DNA of 64,000 bases, from positions 1,550,001 to 1,614,000 of the forward strand of contig JBLWGC010000230.1 of assembly GCA_048772705.1 (NCBI GenBank), in the 5' to 3' direction. The position numbers and the translations under genes are program-made. Source of the stretch: Leidyana gryllorum EB-2025a (lineage: Eukaryota > Protista > Apicomplexa). Under the pieces are notes generated by a model. The model saw only the letters and a program-made list of their open reading frames with translations. It was not told the origin of the DNA and did no database searches. Below, piece after piece: positions 12,059 through 23,184 of this stretch (within the stretch, counting starts at the first letter, position 1; each line of letters begins with the position of its first letter).

Positions 12059-13444
12059 TTACTGAGGAGTGGAGTGAGGGTCAGAGGAGACGTAGCCAGT
12101 CGAAGGAGGAGAAAGGTTAATGGTTTCAACCTGCGAGCCTTTGCTCTTGACGATGGGCTGGCTGTAACGGGATGCAAACCCTCCCCCTCTAAGGTCCAAT
12201 TTCGGCACATGTGGTCTTTGAGCCGGCCCTGGCAAACTTGTGCGGGGAGAAGTTCGCAAAGGCGAAGATGAGGGATCGCGACCAAGTTGTTGAGGAGCTC
12301 GACTGGTCCGCGAATTTAGGCCGGCATTCGATGACGAATGCTGTGTAACCCGGCTCCAACGGGTAGCAGCAAGAATGTTCGTCGCGTTGTTAAGCCTTGG
12401 CGAATCGGGCGAGATCATAACGCGCGACTTGGGGCGCGGGTATGTTACCTCAACTTCTTCTTCCCGTGGTCTTGAACGCGCTGAAGCACTCTGCCGCTTA
12501 ACTACCAACCCACAGCAATTTAAGCCTCCATCAGCGAAACTACCCTCGCGTCCACCTGCTCCATACACTGTCTCTGTTAGTTGGAACCCGGCCATTTCGG
12601 GCCGGTGTTGCGTTGCGGCCGCGGTTTGTTGCCGGCGAATACGGCCAGCAAGTTTCCTACGCGAGCAAAAGGTTGTTTGCGTGTGTTGAGGGGGACTCAC
12701 TCGAACATATCCGCAACACCAATGTTTTCTAAGGCGGAAGTCTCGAAATAGGGAATGCGATGCTTCTCAGCTAAGCTTTCGGCCCTCCGGCGGGAAACTT
12801 GCTGTCAACAGATCACATTTGGGAGAAGAAGTAGAAATAGGCCTCTTCTCTCACCTGTCCCGCGAGATCGATTTTGTTGCCCACCAATACTTTGCACAAG
12901 TTGGGCGCGGCGTGCTGGTCCAAGCTGTCCAACCAATAAGAGACATCTGATCTCAAACGAGTGAGAGATAAGACAGACAGACAGACAGACCCCACTGACT
13001 TTCAAAACTCTCGATGGAGGTCACGTCGAAGACAATAACTACTCCCATGGCGTTTCGGAAATACACTGTCACAAGCGAGGATATAGAGAGCATCCCCGTG
13101 AGATCTTTACCAGGGGTCAGATTGCGGAACCGTTCTTGACCGGCTGTATCCCAGATCTGTAAGCGTACTCGCTCGCCATTGAGATCTATCACACGACTCT
13201 TGAAGTCCACGCTGTGGCAATTCTGCACGCACAGTAATCCAAGTACGCCATACCCGATAGTTAAGATGTGACGGTGATCAAATGTGTCCTCGCAGTACCG
13301 TAGTAGCAGACTAGACTTGCCAACCGCTGTGTGTGTGTCAACTCCATAAGTAGGCAGATACTACTCCTCCTTACCACCATCGCCCAATACTAATAGCTTG
13401 ATTAGGGCATCGGTTTGGGAAGGATGCTTCTTCTCCATGGTCAT
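12059..13444 (-). CDS. Rab-family small GTPase (Rab8/Sec4/Rab1-like), about 7 exons
   Basis: Spliced reading: [56 protein letters not shown]; all introns GT..AG and ~40-55 nt. The 3' end is uncertain (see findings). Confidence 0.9.
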
Positions 13445-13449
13445 ATTTT

Positions 13450-16400
13450 TTATCGTCTCAGTCTCAACTTATCTAAGATCATTGGCCATCTTTCCAAGAC
13501 TTTGGCCGTCTGTTCAACCAATCCCACACGTTCACACTCGCGAACAGTCTCATTGAAAAGGTCAGGGGCCACGGCCCAGAACCGCACCAAGTCCCCACAG
13601 AAACACAAATGACAGGGCGGCCCTTCTACACATACATTATGGACAAACCCCTTCTCCTCCTCTCTTGCAATCGGAGGCGGCAAAGGTACCTTTGCGGGGG
13701 CAACTAGCACTGGAGCACTGCTCGGACGAGATTTAGCCACACTCTTCGCCTTTGCTTTGCTTTTAGCCGCCACCTTCCGGGTCACCGGCAATTTCATCTT
13801 CTCTCCCGTCGTCAACGGTTGTGGCCGCAGCTGAACCACCACAGACGGTCGTCGTCTCATCGCAGGCGAGTCATCCTCCACCTCGATAACCTCAAACTCT
13901 TCATCCTCAACGGCCCTCGGGAGCACAGCTGCTTTCCGTACGGTATCAGAGGGGGCGGCTGTCTCTCGCGCTGGGGGAGGCGGCGGAGGAGGAGCGACCA
14001 CCGCCACTTCCTCCGCCATCGCCACGTCCTCTTCTGGTTCTGTCATGTCGGTGTCCACCGAGACCTGTTCCCGGATAGGAGACCCCATTGCGTCATCAAC
14101 GGGCGAGGAGGGCTCTGGAAGAGAAGGCTGAGAAGAGGAGAGTACTTCACTCTGCCCTTTCTCTTTCTCCTCCTCCTCCTCGTTGCTGCTGCTATCAGAC
14201 AACTCGACAATTACAGGCGGGGCGGCTCCCGTCGGTTGTGTCGATGAGAATGGCTTGGGGGCTGCTGACTGAACCTTTGTCGTCGGAGCTTTGACACTTG
14301 GCTTTGGCGCAGCACTCTTTGGCAAGACTTGCAGCTTGGCTTGGCCGGGAGCGGATCGAGGAATGGCCTTCCGCTTGACATTGGTCACCCCAAGAACAGG
14401 CATCCGCTTGATCTCCGCGACGGGTTTGCTGCTCATTTTGAGCCCCTTCTGCACCTGCAGAGCTCGCTGGTTGCTCGGCAAAGCGGGTTTTGACTGTGAA
14501 GCAGCCGAGGCGGCAGAAGCCTTGGACATGGCCCTCGATCTTCCAACAGTCGTGCCCGATTGTGACTGACCATCACTTTGGCTCGCAGCAGCGACCAGCT
14601 GCTGAGTCAGAGAGGACGAATTGGTGTCCGATTTCGAGTTGTCGTTGCCGGACGGTTGGGAAACTTTATCGGTGGTCGCAACCGGCTCACTGGGAGCGAC
14701 GGATCGGCGCTTGAAGGCTGTTTCCAGAGTCGCTTGGTGTGTGGTCTCGCGGCCGATGGCGACCATTTTGCTCAACACAAAGGTGATTCCCCGAATGTCT
14801 TCAATGGCGAAACTCCCTTTGAAGGCAGTTTCCCACAGACGGCTCGCCGACATGAAGAAGTCATCCGTGTCCACCATACGTTGAGTCATTCCTTCTGACT
14901 TTTTGATGTACTCGTTACACCAGCCGCATCCCCCATACTTTGGGGGATCCACCGGGGCATCCGGGTGTCTGACGAGGATCTGTGCGGGTAAAGTGTTGAT
15001 TAATCCAACAACGCTATCCTTACCTTTATGGTCAGCGCAGTTGCACCAATACGTTTATGTTCGAGGCGTCGATGGCACTCGGCGCTCATTTGTCGCAGGA
15101 AGTCGAGTACGTTTTCTTCGTTGAAGAGACGTACGCCCCAGTTGACACTGACTGTCAGAGTCTTCTTAATGTCGACATCGCCGACCGCACCCATGTCTCC
15201 ATGGACACCACCTTGCATCGCGATTGGAGTGGGAACTGGTCGTCGATCAATTCCTTGACACATCTCGTACAACTGTGTGCCTTTCTCCTTCCCAAAGGAC
15301 GCCTGCAGCTGATTCAGCTCCACTTTTGTATACAACTCTTTGCAGGTGGTGATATTGTACAGTTTGGTGAGATTCTGAAGTGTACTGGGCCCCACCCCAT
15401 GTATGTCCTTCAACGGCAGGTCACCAAAGTATTCCTTCACTTTCTCCAATCTGTTGTGAAGATTAAAGTCCTCCAATACCCGAAACCGGCTGGTCGACAC
15501 TGCTCGGCCTTCTTCCACCGCCTTTTCGGCTTCAGTCAAGTATGCGTCGAAAACAGAGACAGCACTTGTGGACTGGGTGCCCACTTTGGACCGGATACCG
15601 CGACCAGCAGTCCGCGGGGGCACTGAAGTCTCCAATTGGGGCTCCTCACTGGAGGAGAAGTCTGTGATATCGGGCATCGGAAGTATGGAAATGGCGTGTT
15701 TCCCCCACTTCTTCAGGGGTTTCGCATCATTGCCAGCCATTTTCGCCACCAGAAGGGTATCTCCTATGCCGATGCTCACTTCGCACCCCGTCTCTTGTCG
15801 AACTCTATTCCGAATCCAAACCGCGAGCCAGAGGCTATTCTGCATTCCAATAGGATCCACAAGTTGAAGATATGCCTCGTCACACGACATTGGGAGCACT
15901 CGAGGCGACACCAAAGTCAGAATGTGCATCAGCTTATCGGAACACGCCTCAATCTCGTCAAAGTTGTAGGGCAGAATAATGATATTGGGACATTTAGCTT
16001 TGGCACTGCCGACATATGAGCCTTTCTGAACACCATACTTCCGTGCCTCATAATTACAGCTCGCGATTTCACTCGTCGAACTGAAACTGCTCGCCGTTCC
16101 ATGGGCAACGCCCACAGGATAGTGAGCCAACTCGGGACGTCCACTCATTTTGATGGCCACCGAAACGAAGAAACTATTGAAGTCTACATGAAGAATCCGA
16201 ATTCCGTCCCATTCAGCGTCGCGGTGACGTGAAGAGGGCAGACTCAATTGCGGTTGCACAAACGGCTCCAACTTGAACCGACTGAAGACTCGTTCTCTCC
16301 ATCGGCCGATAAAGTGAAGACGGCTCGACTTGAAGAAGTTCTGAACGAAATTCGGGTCGTTACAACTCAGACGGGCTGTGCTCGACACTCTCGGCGATGT

Positions 16401-17525
16401 CTCGGGTATCCCATTGCCATTGATTGGACTCGTAGAAATCTGGGCTTCCTCACTTCGACGTTTGGGTGGCAATTCAGCCTTCTGTATCCACGTGGAACGC
16501 AGTCTCAGAGGCGACTGCTCGTTCTCTTCAGTCGGATCCCATCCGTACGTCGCAGGCGGTGGTCGGGGTGGTGAGGGTAAAGAGACGGCTGGAGGAGGCT
16601 GGCCGCTTCGGTCCTCCTCCATCATATCTTCCAGATCGGCCCACGGATCGAACACTGTTGGTGCGGCCTTGGGCGATGGCCGTTGGGGGCTTGCAGGGGG
16701 CGGATCAGGATGCAGGCCATCGAGGGTGGGAGTCTGGGGAGGATCCACCTCAATCTCGTCCTCAGCAGTTATCTGTACAATAGCTTCGGTTCCCAGACGT
16801 TCGAGACCGTCGACGGTGTGCAGTCGTGGGGGAGGGGTCATGTTGCCGTCTCCTCGCGTCTCTGTACTTTCACTCTGCTGGACGGGTGGATTCTGACCCA
16901 ATCCCGTCTCCGCCGGCACTTGGTCGGAGAGGAGGATCTCGGGAGACGCGGTGTTGGGTACTCCTCCGTCATTATTCGCGTCGCTGGCGGCTGTAACATT
17001 CCGTTTGACAAAGGAGGCCATCATTTGTCGGCTTCCCTTGATGGGGGCTGTGAGACATTCGGGGAGATAGTCTCTCTCGTCGAGACGTTTGTCTGCGGCA
17101 ATGCTGTCGAGAATCCAGTCCGAAGTCACGACTACGAATCGTTTGGATCCGCGTTCTCTATATCGATGGAGTCACTGTTTGGGTGACGAGAGGGCACAGT
17201 CTCACCTGTAGTGTCTCCAGCGCTGGTTTCCCATGGCGAGATTGTCAGCTACAAAGTGAGTTACATTCTTGAGGTCCCAATATTCATATATACCACCGTG
17301 TTCGGTGACCAATCTTTTGATTTCAGTGTCAAGGATCTTTGTCCTTCCATCAATACTGAAGTTGCAGCCAGCAAATATAGTCGATTTGATCAACAATGTG
17401 CCATCATCTTGTTTGAGATGTTTCTGTTCAAGTTGTTCCTTGATACGGACGTTTTTGGCTTCCATATAGTCGCCATAGCCTCCCCATCCTCCGCCACCAA
17501 AGTCCGCACTGTATGAAGAAGTCAT
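13450..17525 (-). CDS. REV1: DNA repair protein REV1 (Y-family deoxycytidyl transferase) with N-terminal BRCT domain
   Basis: GGYGDYMEAK plus BRCT (IFAGCNFSIDG...HGG...VTHFVA...WILDSI); N-digit FFKSSRLHFIG; ILHVDFNSFFVSV; EIASCNYEARKYGV; SCDEAY. A 44-nt intron (15023-14980) gives ILVRHPDAPVDPPKYGGCGWC and links to ORF 13450-14952. Confidence 0.93.
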
Positions 17526-17554
17526 TTTTTCAGGTTGGAAAAGGGGTACAGACG

Positions 17555-18560
17555 CTAATTACTAAGAGCCGCAGCTGAGTTGGGAGTGATGGTCGACACA
17601 CTACTGGTCATATCCAGATAGTGCAATACTCCTTGCTTCCAGCCACCTTCTCCAACTGCTGCAGTGACATAACCTGCTACCTCCTTACACCTCGGGTCCG
17701 CATTACCCATAGCCACAGAATTCTTGAACGTTCTGTGCCGAGTGTGTGTGTGTGTGTGTGTGAGTGTGAGTGTCTGGACCTTACCTGAGCATCTCGAAAT
17801 CATTGATTGCATCTCCGAGCACGATGACGGAGTCGGGTGAGATATTGAGATGGGCGCACAGAGCTTGGATTCCGCTACATTTGCTATGATTTGCCATTTG
17901 AATGTGGAAAATGAAGGGTTCAATGCTGAGGATTCGGACGCTGTTCTGATCAAAGTTCGCGTTGACCGCCTCTACCACCTTGGGGAGATGTTGAGGCTCG
18001 ACCGCGACAGAGATCTTCATGACACTGCCTGTGTTGCCTTGTTGAACCTTCGCGAGCGAGTCTTCAGTGCCAACGATGGCCACCCGTTCATCTCGAGACC
18101 ATTCGTCAACCCACTGAGTCCGCTCTTGGGCATACGTCTGACCAGGAGTTCTGTAAATTATACTGAGATGAACGCCCGAAGCCGCGGAATATTCGCGCAG
18201 AAAAGCGTCGAGACGTTCAACTGTGTCGGGCGGCAATGCTGTTACTGTGGAGTTTCAAGTTGTGCATATTTGACTTTGACGAGACGAGATCGGCTTACTT
18301 TTGACATAGTCTTTGATGGTTTCGTTCAATACCACAGCTCCGTCATTGTATACTCCCGGGAGGACTTTGACTTTATCAATGAGTTTAGTGCGTTCGAGGG
18401 CGCCGGTGGTGGACATGATGGACCTTCCCGTCGCCAAGAAGACTGGTATCCCCAGATCCTTTGTTACATGTTCATAAAAGTCAATAAGGCCGTCAGGGAC
18501 GACTCCTTCGTCTGTGATGAAGGTACCATCAACATCAGTTATGATTGCGTGTACACTCAT
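17555..18560 (-). CDS. Cof-type HAD-IIB phosphatase, 3 exons
   Basis: Motif I TDVDGTF, motif II LATGRS, motif III SK, motif IV LGDAINDFEML, followed after an intron by SVAMGNA. Confidence 0.9.
17742..17762. repeat. (GT/AC)n microsatellite inside a HAD intron
   Basis: Dinucleotide run directly visible. Confidence 0.9.
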
Positions 18561-18596
18561 TCTTGGACAAATGTTTTGATAGTCTGTGTGAAAAAA

Positions 18597-19566
18597 CTAG
18601 GAGCTGGTTGTGGTGACTTCAGCCTGAGTGGTGGGTTCCGAGCCTCCTCCCTCACCGCCTGCTGCCACTGAGAGCATATGTGCGATGGACCGACTCCAGC
18701 CTTGTTTGGTGACGTGGTCGCCCACATAGCGTGCGACCTCCTTGGCTGCCGGTATTGCGTTCCCCATTGCGATTGAATTAGGAAAGTGTCTAAAAGGGCT
18801 TTGATTGCGCGAAACGGAGGGAGAGGACTCACTTTAACATGAGGACGTCATTGCTGCCGTCGCCCAAAACCAGAACTTCGTCCTCACGATACCCCAAGAG
18901 TTCACAGAGTTTACGGACGCCCTGCTTCTTACTCAATCGATCATTTGTAATGTGGGCGATAAAGGGGCTGGTGATCATAGCATTGGCCCGACCCTTCAAA
19001 AGCTCGTTAAGCTGCTCTACTATAACCCGAATATCTTCTGGGTTTGCGACAATGCTCATCGCCATGATGGGGAGCTTCGAGGTTGCAGCTGCAGTGTGTA
19101 TGTTGGGGTTCTCCCCCTCCAAGGGAATGAATTCCATATCCCAATCGTCCCGGAGTTCGTCAAAATACCTTGAACGGGTGCATTGAGCATATAGTTCAAC
19201 GGGCGTCTCGTATGTTTTAACACACCAAACACCCTTCTCCTGTTTGTATCGCTCAACAAACTCATCGACTTCGACCATTATGTCCCAATCCATTGTCTCA
19301 ACGTGCAGCGGTTCTTCGATTCCCTTTTCGCCAACAATGACACATCCATCACTGAAAACTCCGGGAGTCAACTTGATCTGATCGGTCAGTCCGAGTTTGG
19401 CGATCCGTCTGACGGCCCCTGTCCAACTTCGTCCAGTAGCAAAGTGGACCGGGATTCCCATGGTATCAATCAGCTCTTTACAATATTCCGCTATTCCGGC
19501 GGGAATCTGACCCGTTTCATCGATGAAAGTGCCATCGATGTCAGAGATGACTGCCGAAATCTTCAT
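18597..19566 (-). CDS. Cof-type HAD-IIB phosphatase (tandem paralogue), 2 exons
   Basis: MKISAVISDIDGTF, FATGRS, LSKKQG, LGDGSNDVLML; after an intron KHFPNSIAMGNA...TSS* (TAG 18599-18597). Confidence 0.9.
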
Positions 19567-19694
19567 CTCCGAACAGAGAATTTGTGGTATTTTTTGACTG
19601 GTCAATGACCGTCGGTTCCATCAATTTCACACTAAATTACCAATTTCCACACGAGTTGGGGATGATCCGCTCAATGCAGGCGCATCTAAATATC

Positions 19695-22600
19695 TCATTT
19701 CGGCTGCAATCCAACATTCTTAAGATACCAGCGGCGCAGCGCCGTCCAGGTCGGGAAAGTAGTCGAGTGCTGCTTGAGCATATCAAAAATCCAGTTCCAT
19801 ACTCTGTCGCCCATTTTTCGACCGATAGAGGGATTGAGCTCGAGATTTTTGCGTATCAGATTGGCACCTCTGCTCAGTCGGCCAAGGTCAGCTCCGCTGC
19901 ACAAAGGTGTATTCATGGCGGTGTAATTGATCGCCAGAAGGCCTGGAATTATGCATTTCAGTTCTGTGTGTGTCAACTTCTGCAGATCCTCACGGACACC
20001 GGCGAGGTGGTCTCCCTCGATCGATTTCATCAGCCTTCGCTTGAACCAGGCGTAACGTCCCTCCAACAGAGCATCAATCGCGCCCACCAACTCGGGGTTG
20101 GGGGGCCACGTCGCCTGTGACATCAATTCATGCAATGCGGCCACCTGGGGGAATCTTAGGTACGATATCCATCCTTCTTTGTGCAAACGCACACGATCAT
20201 TCACGTAGTCTATGATATCCTCGGCTTCCAGATCTACTGGGGGATTGTCCAATCGTTGGACAGTCACCAACCCGTTCTCATTCAGCACACTGACCAGATA
20301 GCCCACCTTCTTCTCTGGGGAATACAGTAATCTTGCTGACCCCGAATGACGTAGAGTGCCTTGTCCCCACTTGTAACTGGCAAACTCCCGAGTCTGAGGT
20401 CGGCGGTAAAGGGGAGGGCGCACCGGTCTAAAGCCCTCAAGAACTTGGCACAGCCAACACCAAACTACGCACTGTGTCTCCCGGCTGACCAGCAAACGTT
20501 CACCAGCACGGACCCGTGTCCACAAATGATCGATGATCTTCGTCACTGCCTCATCAATGGAGGCTCCTCCGCACACCCTCGCCGACTCTAGCTTCTGCAG
20601 CTCGTTAGCACACATTCTCCACGTCTCTCGCACCATATGTATATCCCGGCTGCCCTTGGATACCGCCCCAACGCTGTTCGGGCACAGTTTCAGGCGAAGA
20701 TTGCTCAGCCAATCCGCAGGAGACAGCATCGGGTTGTCAGCTCTTCCCTCTGACCCTTCACAGACCGTGGTGGAACACTCTGCTTCGGGGGCCACCTCTG
20801 TGCTTACGCACACATTCTCTGGCCCCAGCTCGTTCACCAGGGAGGCCAGTAGATCTCCGGTCGGATCATCCTCACAATCAATGACCATGGGATCAGCGGA
20901 GACATCATTCGAAAATGTGACCCCACTCTCACCCTCGTCAGGTTCTTCGACATATGCAACGATGGACGAGCTATCAACGGGCTCACGCGACGCAGTGCTG
21001 GCGAGCAACTCGGGACAACTGTCCGGCTGCTCTGAGACTTGGGAATGATTGGTCGCTGGCAACGTTCCCGATGTGGTCGCTGGCAACGTTCCCGATGTGG
21101 TCGCTGGCAACGTGACCACCAAGATGCTGATTGGCTCTTGACCACACGACTGAATGGGTATGTTTTCAGACGTTTCCCCCGTTTTTTCCACTCTCTCAAG
21201 TTGTGCAGTGTCGGAACCCTGGCTCTTTCTCTTCGGCGGACAGGCGACCTGCACCAACTGAGCCGACATACTGCCACCAACACCTGGGCGAAGCACTTCC
21301 ACCCAGATTGCATTCTGCTTTTTGTTGGATCTACCGGAATCCTTAGCCATCCCTGGTGGAATGTACACTCCGCTGCTGGTGCTGGGCAATGCCCTATCCT
21401 CTCCCCCCGGTAACTTTGGTAAAATAGATCTAGCGAGAGCCACTGGTCTCCTGTACGGCTTCTCCCGTGTCCTCGTCCTTCTGGAGGCTTTAGAGATGCC
21501 TTGAAGCGCAATGTGCTTCTGGACCGGGATGGTCACAGTCCCCGAGGTGACGACCACATATCTCGCGGGAGTGGCAGATGGAACTATACAAAGTGGAGCC
21601 GGAGTGGGCTCACTTCCATGCGCAGGCTCTGATCTGTCACGCTCGGTATCAGCCAACAAGCCGTGTAGAATCCCCTTCGAGACGTTCGATTGTGGTGGAG
21701 TCCTCACGGTTGCAGAAGCCATAATCACATTACGAGGACCGCTCACTGTCCTCGACGATCTCAGAAGGCCGATCGACGAAAGTCTACGCTTCAACCGCGA
21801 TTCACGGCCTCTCGAAGTAGAAGATGCACCGGCTTTGGAGGCTTCGGGATTCGAAACGTTCTTCAAACTGGTCCCACTTTGTGATTTGGTGCCGGCGAGG
21901 TGGCGACCCATATCACTCTTCGACTCAGGCAGCAAACTTGTCGACTCGTTATCCAACAGAACGCTCGCACCCCTGACGTGAACGCCTGCCCCTTCGACCA
22001 AAATCTTTTCGGCCTCAGGGACCGATACATTATGATCGAGAGACGGCCCAGACACCGTAATATTGTTGACTGCTGAGGAACTCTCACGTCCGCTCCCACC
22101 CTCATTCGGCAAAACCGGATCTCCCTCCGTGTAGATCACAACTTCTTCCGCCGTAAACGGAATTTCATCCGGGGAAACCTCAATCTCATCATTGCACAGC
22201 TGCTCGCCGAGCTCGCCGAGCGCCTCATGGTCAGATTGTGTCATCACAGGCGATAGCTTATTATCAGGACTGGGAGGAGGGTCCATCGCCGGGAGGGCGT
22301 CTGGAGTTACTCCAAAAATCTCGCAAAGGGTGCTGCTATCCCACTCAGCAGGCAGACCGGGGTCTCCAACGCTGGTCTCCTGCAAGTGCTCGCCAAGTGA
22401 AGATTCAAATTCGGAGAAAGTGAAGTCGAATGTATCATCGCGTGCCTCGACATAATCCTCGACTAGTTGGTCTAGTGACTCGTCCAAATCCGCAAACCCA
22501 GCAAGATCAATATCCAGGTGGGTCTGCTCTGAGTCAGCATTCGTCAACAATTCTGTACCAGTCGCCACGTCCCCCTCCCGTATACGACCTTGCTGTTGTT

Positions 22601-22829
22601 GACCTTCCTGTATTGGTATTGGCTCTCCTGAGGCACGTTGCGAGCTATCCGAATGATCAGCTCCGCAAAGCTCTTCGGCGGTTGGAGGCAAAAGACCAGA
22701 GCCACATTGATTCAACCCCGCCCAAACAAGCAAGCGGAGTGCGCCCTGACTACGTTTCCGATCGTGCAGAACTCGACAGCTTCGGGTCATGGACCAGCAC
22801 CAAAAATTTAGAATGCCATCAGTTGGCAT
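19695..22829 (-). CDS. Hypothetical protein (~1040 aa): acidic/Ser-rich disordered N-terminal two thirds, probably globular C-terminus
   Basis: Uninterrupted 3.1-kb ORF; no recognised domain; start uncertain. Confidence 0.7.
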   Translation of the reverse strand: MPTDGILNFWCWSMTRSCRVLHDRKRSQGALRLLVWAGLNQCGSGLLPPTAEELCGADHSDSSQRASGEPIPIQEGQQQQGRIREGDVATGTELLTNADSEQTHLDIDLAGFADLDESLDQLVEDYVEARDDTFDFTFSEFESSLGEHLQETSVGDPGLPAEWDSSTLCEIFGVTPDALPAMDPPPSPDNKLSPVMTQSDHEALGELGEQLCNDEIEVSPDEIPFTAEEVVIYTEGDPVLPNEGGSGRESSSAVNNITVSGPSLDHNVSVPEAEKILVEGAGVHVRGASVLLDNESTSLLPESKSDMGRHLAGTKSQSGTSLKNVSNPEASKAGASSTSRGRESRLKRRLSSIGLLRSSRTVSGPRNVIMASATVRTPPQSNVSKGILHGLLADTERDRSEPAHGSEPTPAPLCIVPSATPARYVVVTSGTVTIPVQKHIALQGISKASRRTRTREKPYRRPVALARSILPKLPGGEDRALPSTSSGVYIPPGMAKDSGRSNKKQNAIWVEVLRPGVGGSMSAQLVQVACPPKRKSQGSDTAQLERVEKTGETSENIPIQSCGQEPISILVVTLPATTSGTLPATTSGTLPATNHSQVSEQPDSCPELLASTASREPVDSSSIVAYVEEPDEGESGVTFSNDVSADPMVIDCEDDPTGDLLASLVNELGPENVCVSTEVAPEAECSTTVCEGSEGRADNPMLSPADWLSNLRLKLCPNSVGAVSKGSRDIHMVRETWRMCANELQKLESARVCGGASIDEAVTKIIDHLWTRVRAGERLLVSRETQCVVWCWLCQVLEGFRPVRPPLYRRPQTREFASYKWGQGTLRHSGSARLLYSPEKKVGYLVSVLNENGLVTVQRLDNPPVDLEAEDIIDYVNDRVRLHKEGWISYLRFPQVAALHELMSQATWPPNPELVGAIDALLEGRYAWFKRRLMKSIEGDHLAGVREDLQKLTHTELKCIIPGLLAINYTAMNTPLCSGADLGRLSRGANLIRKNLELNPSIGRKMGDRVWNWIFDMLKQHSTTFPTWTALRRWYLKNVGLQPK
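21051..21113. repeat. Perfect 24-nt coding tandem repeat x2.6 (encodes TLPATTSG repeats)
   Basis: ggtcgctggcaacgttcccgatgt at 21051 and 21075, partial copy at 21099. Confidence 0.95.
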
Positions 22830-23184
22830 ACACACGGCTTGCGATGTGCCGCCCTACGGCACTCCATCTAACATCCCCGGCGGCTTACCCAACAGGACCA
22901 CATGGGTCATTTACTCCCCTGGCTCAGATATGACACCCCCAGGCTCGATCAGGTGCTGCCGCTCAGCCTATACAGCCACCTTCTCATTGCAATCAATACC
23001 ATCGTGACTCACTGGGCACGCTGAAGCCCAGCTCGGGAGACAAACGTACTGCAGTTAATACTGTACAAGGTATGCACTTCTCACTAAGCATGGACGCTGT
23101 ACAAATCAAACATGAAATGTAGCATGTAACAGCCAGCACGCCTCATCACGCCAGACAAGCCTGCCGTCCTCTGCTCCCCACAGA

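Noticed and set aside
12700-13444. Fragmented ORFs (Rab; likewise M16C, eIF3m, RRP42, NTMT1) as pseudogenes or evidence of stop-codon reassignment
   Set aside because: The breaks examined are explained by short canonical GT-AG introns that restore conserved motifs under the standard code.
16150-16200. REV1 motif I reads DFNSFF instead of DMDCFF, suggesting inactivity
   Set aside because: The metal-binding first Asp and the SCDE motif are intact; Asn at the third position occurs in active Y-family enzymes such as UmuC.
21051-21113. 24-nt direct repeats as a possible CRISPR array
   Set aside because: No spacers, in-frame coding repeat, eukaryotic context, no cas genes.
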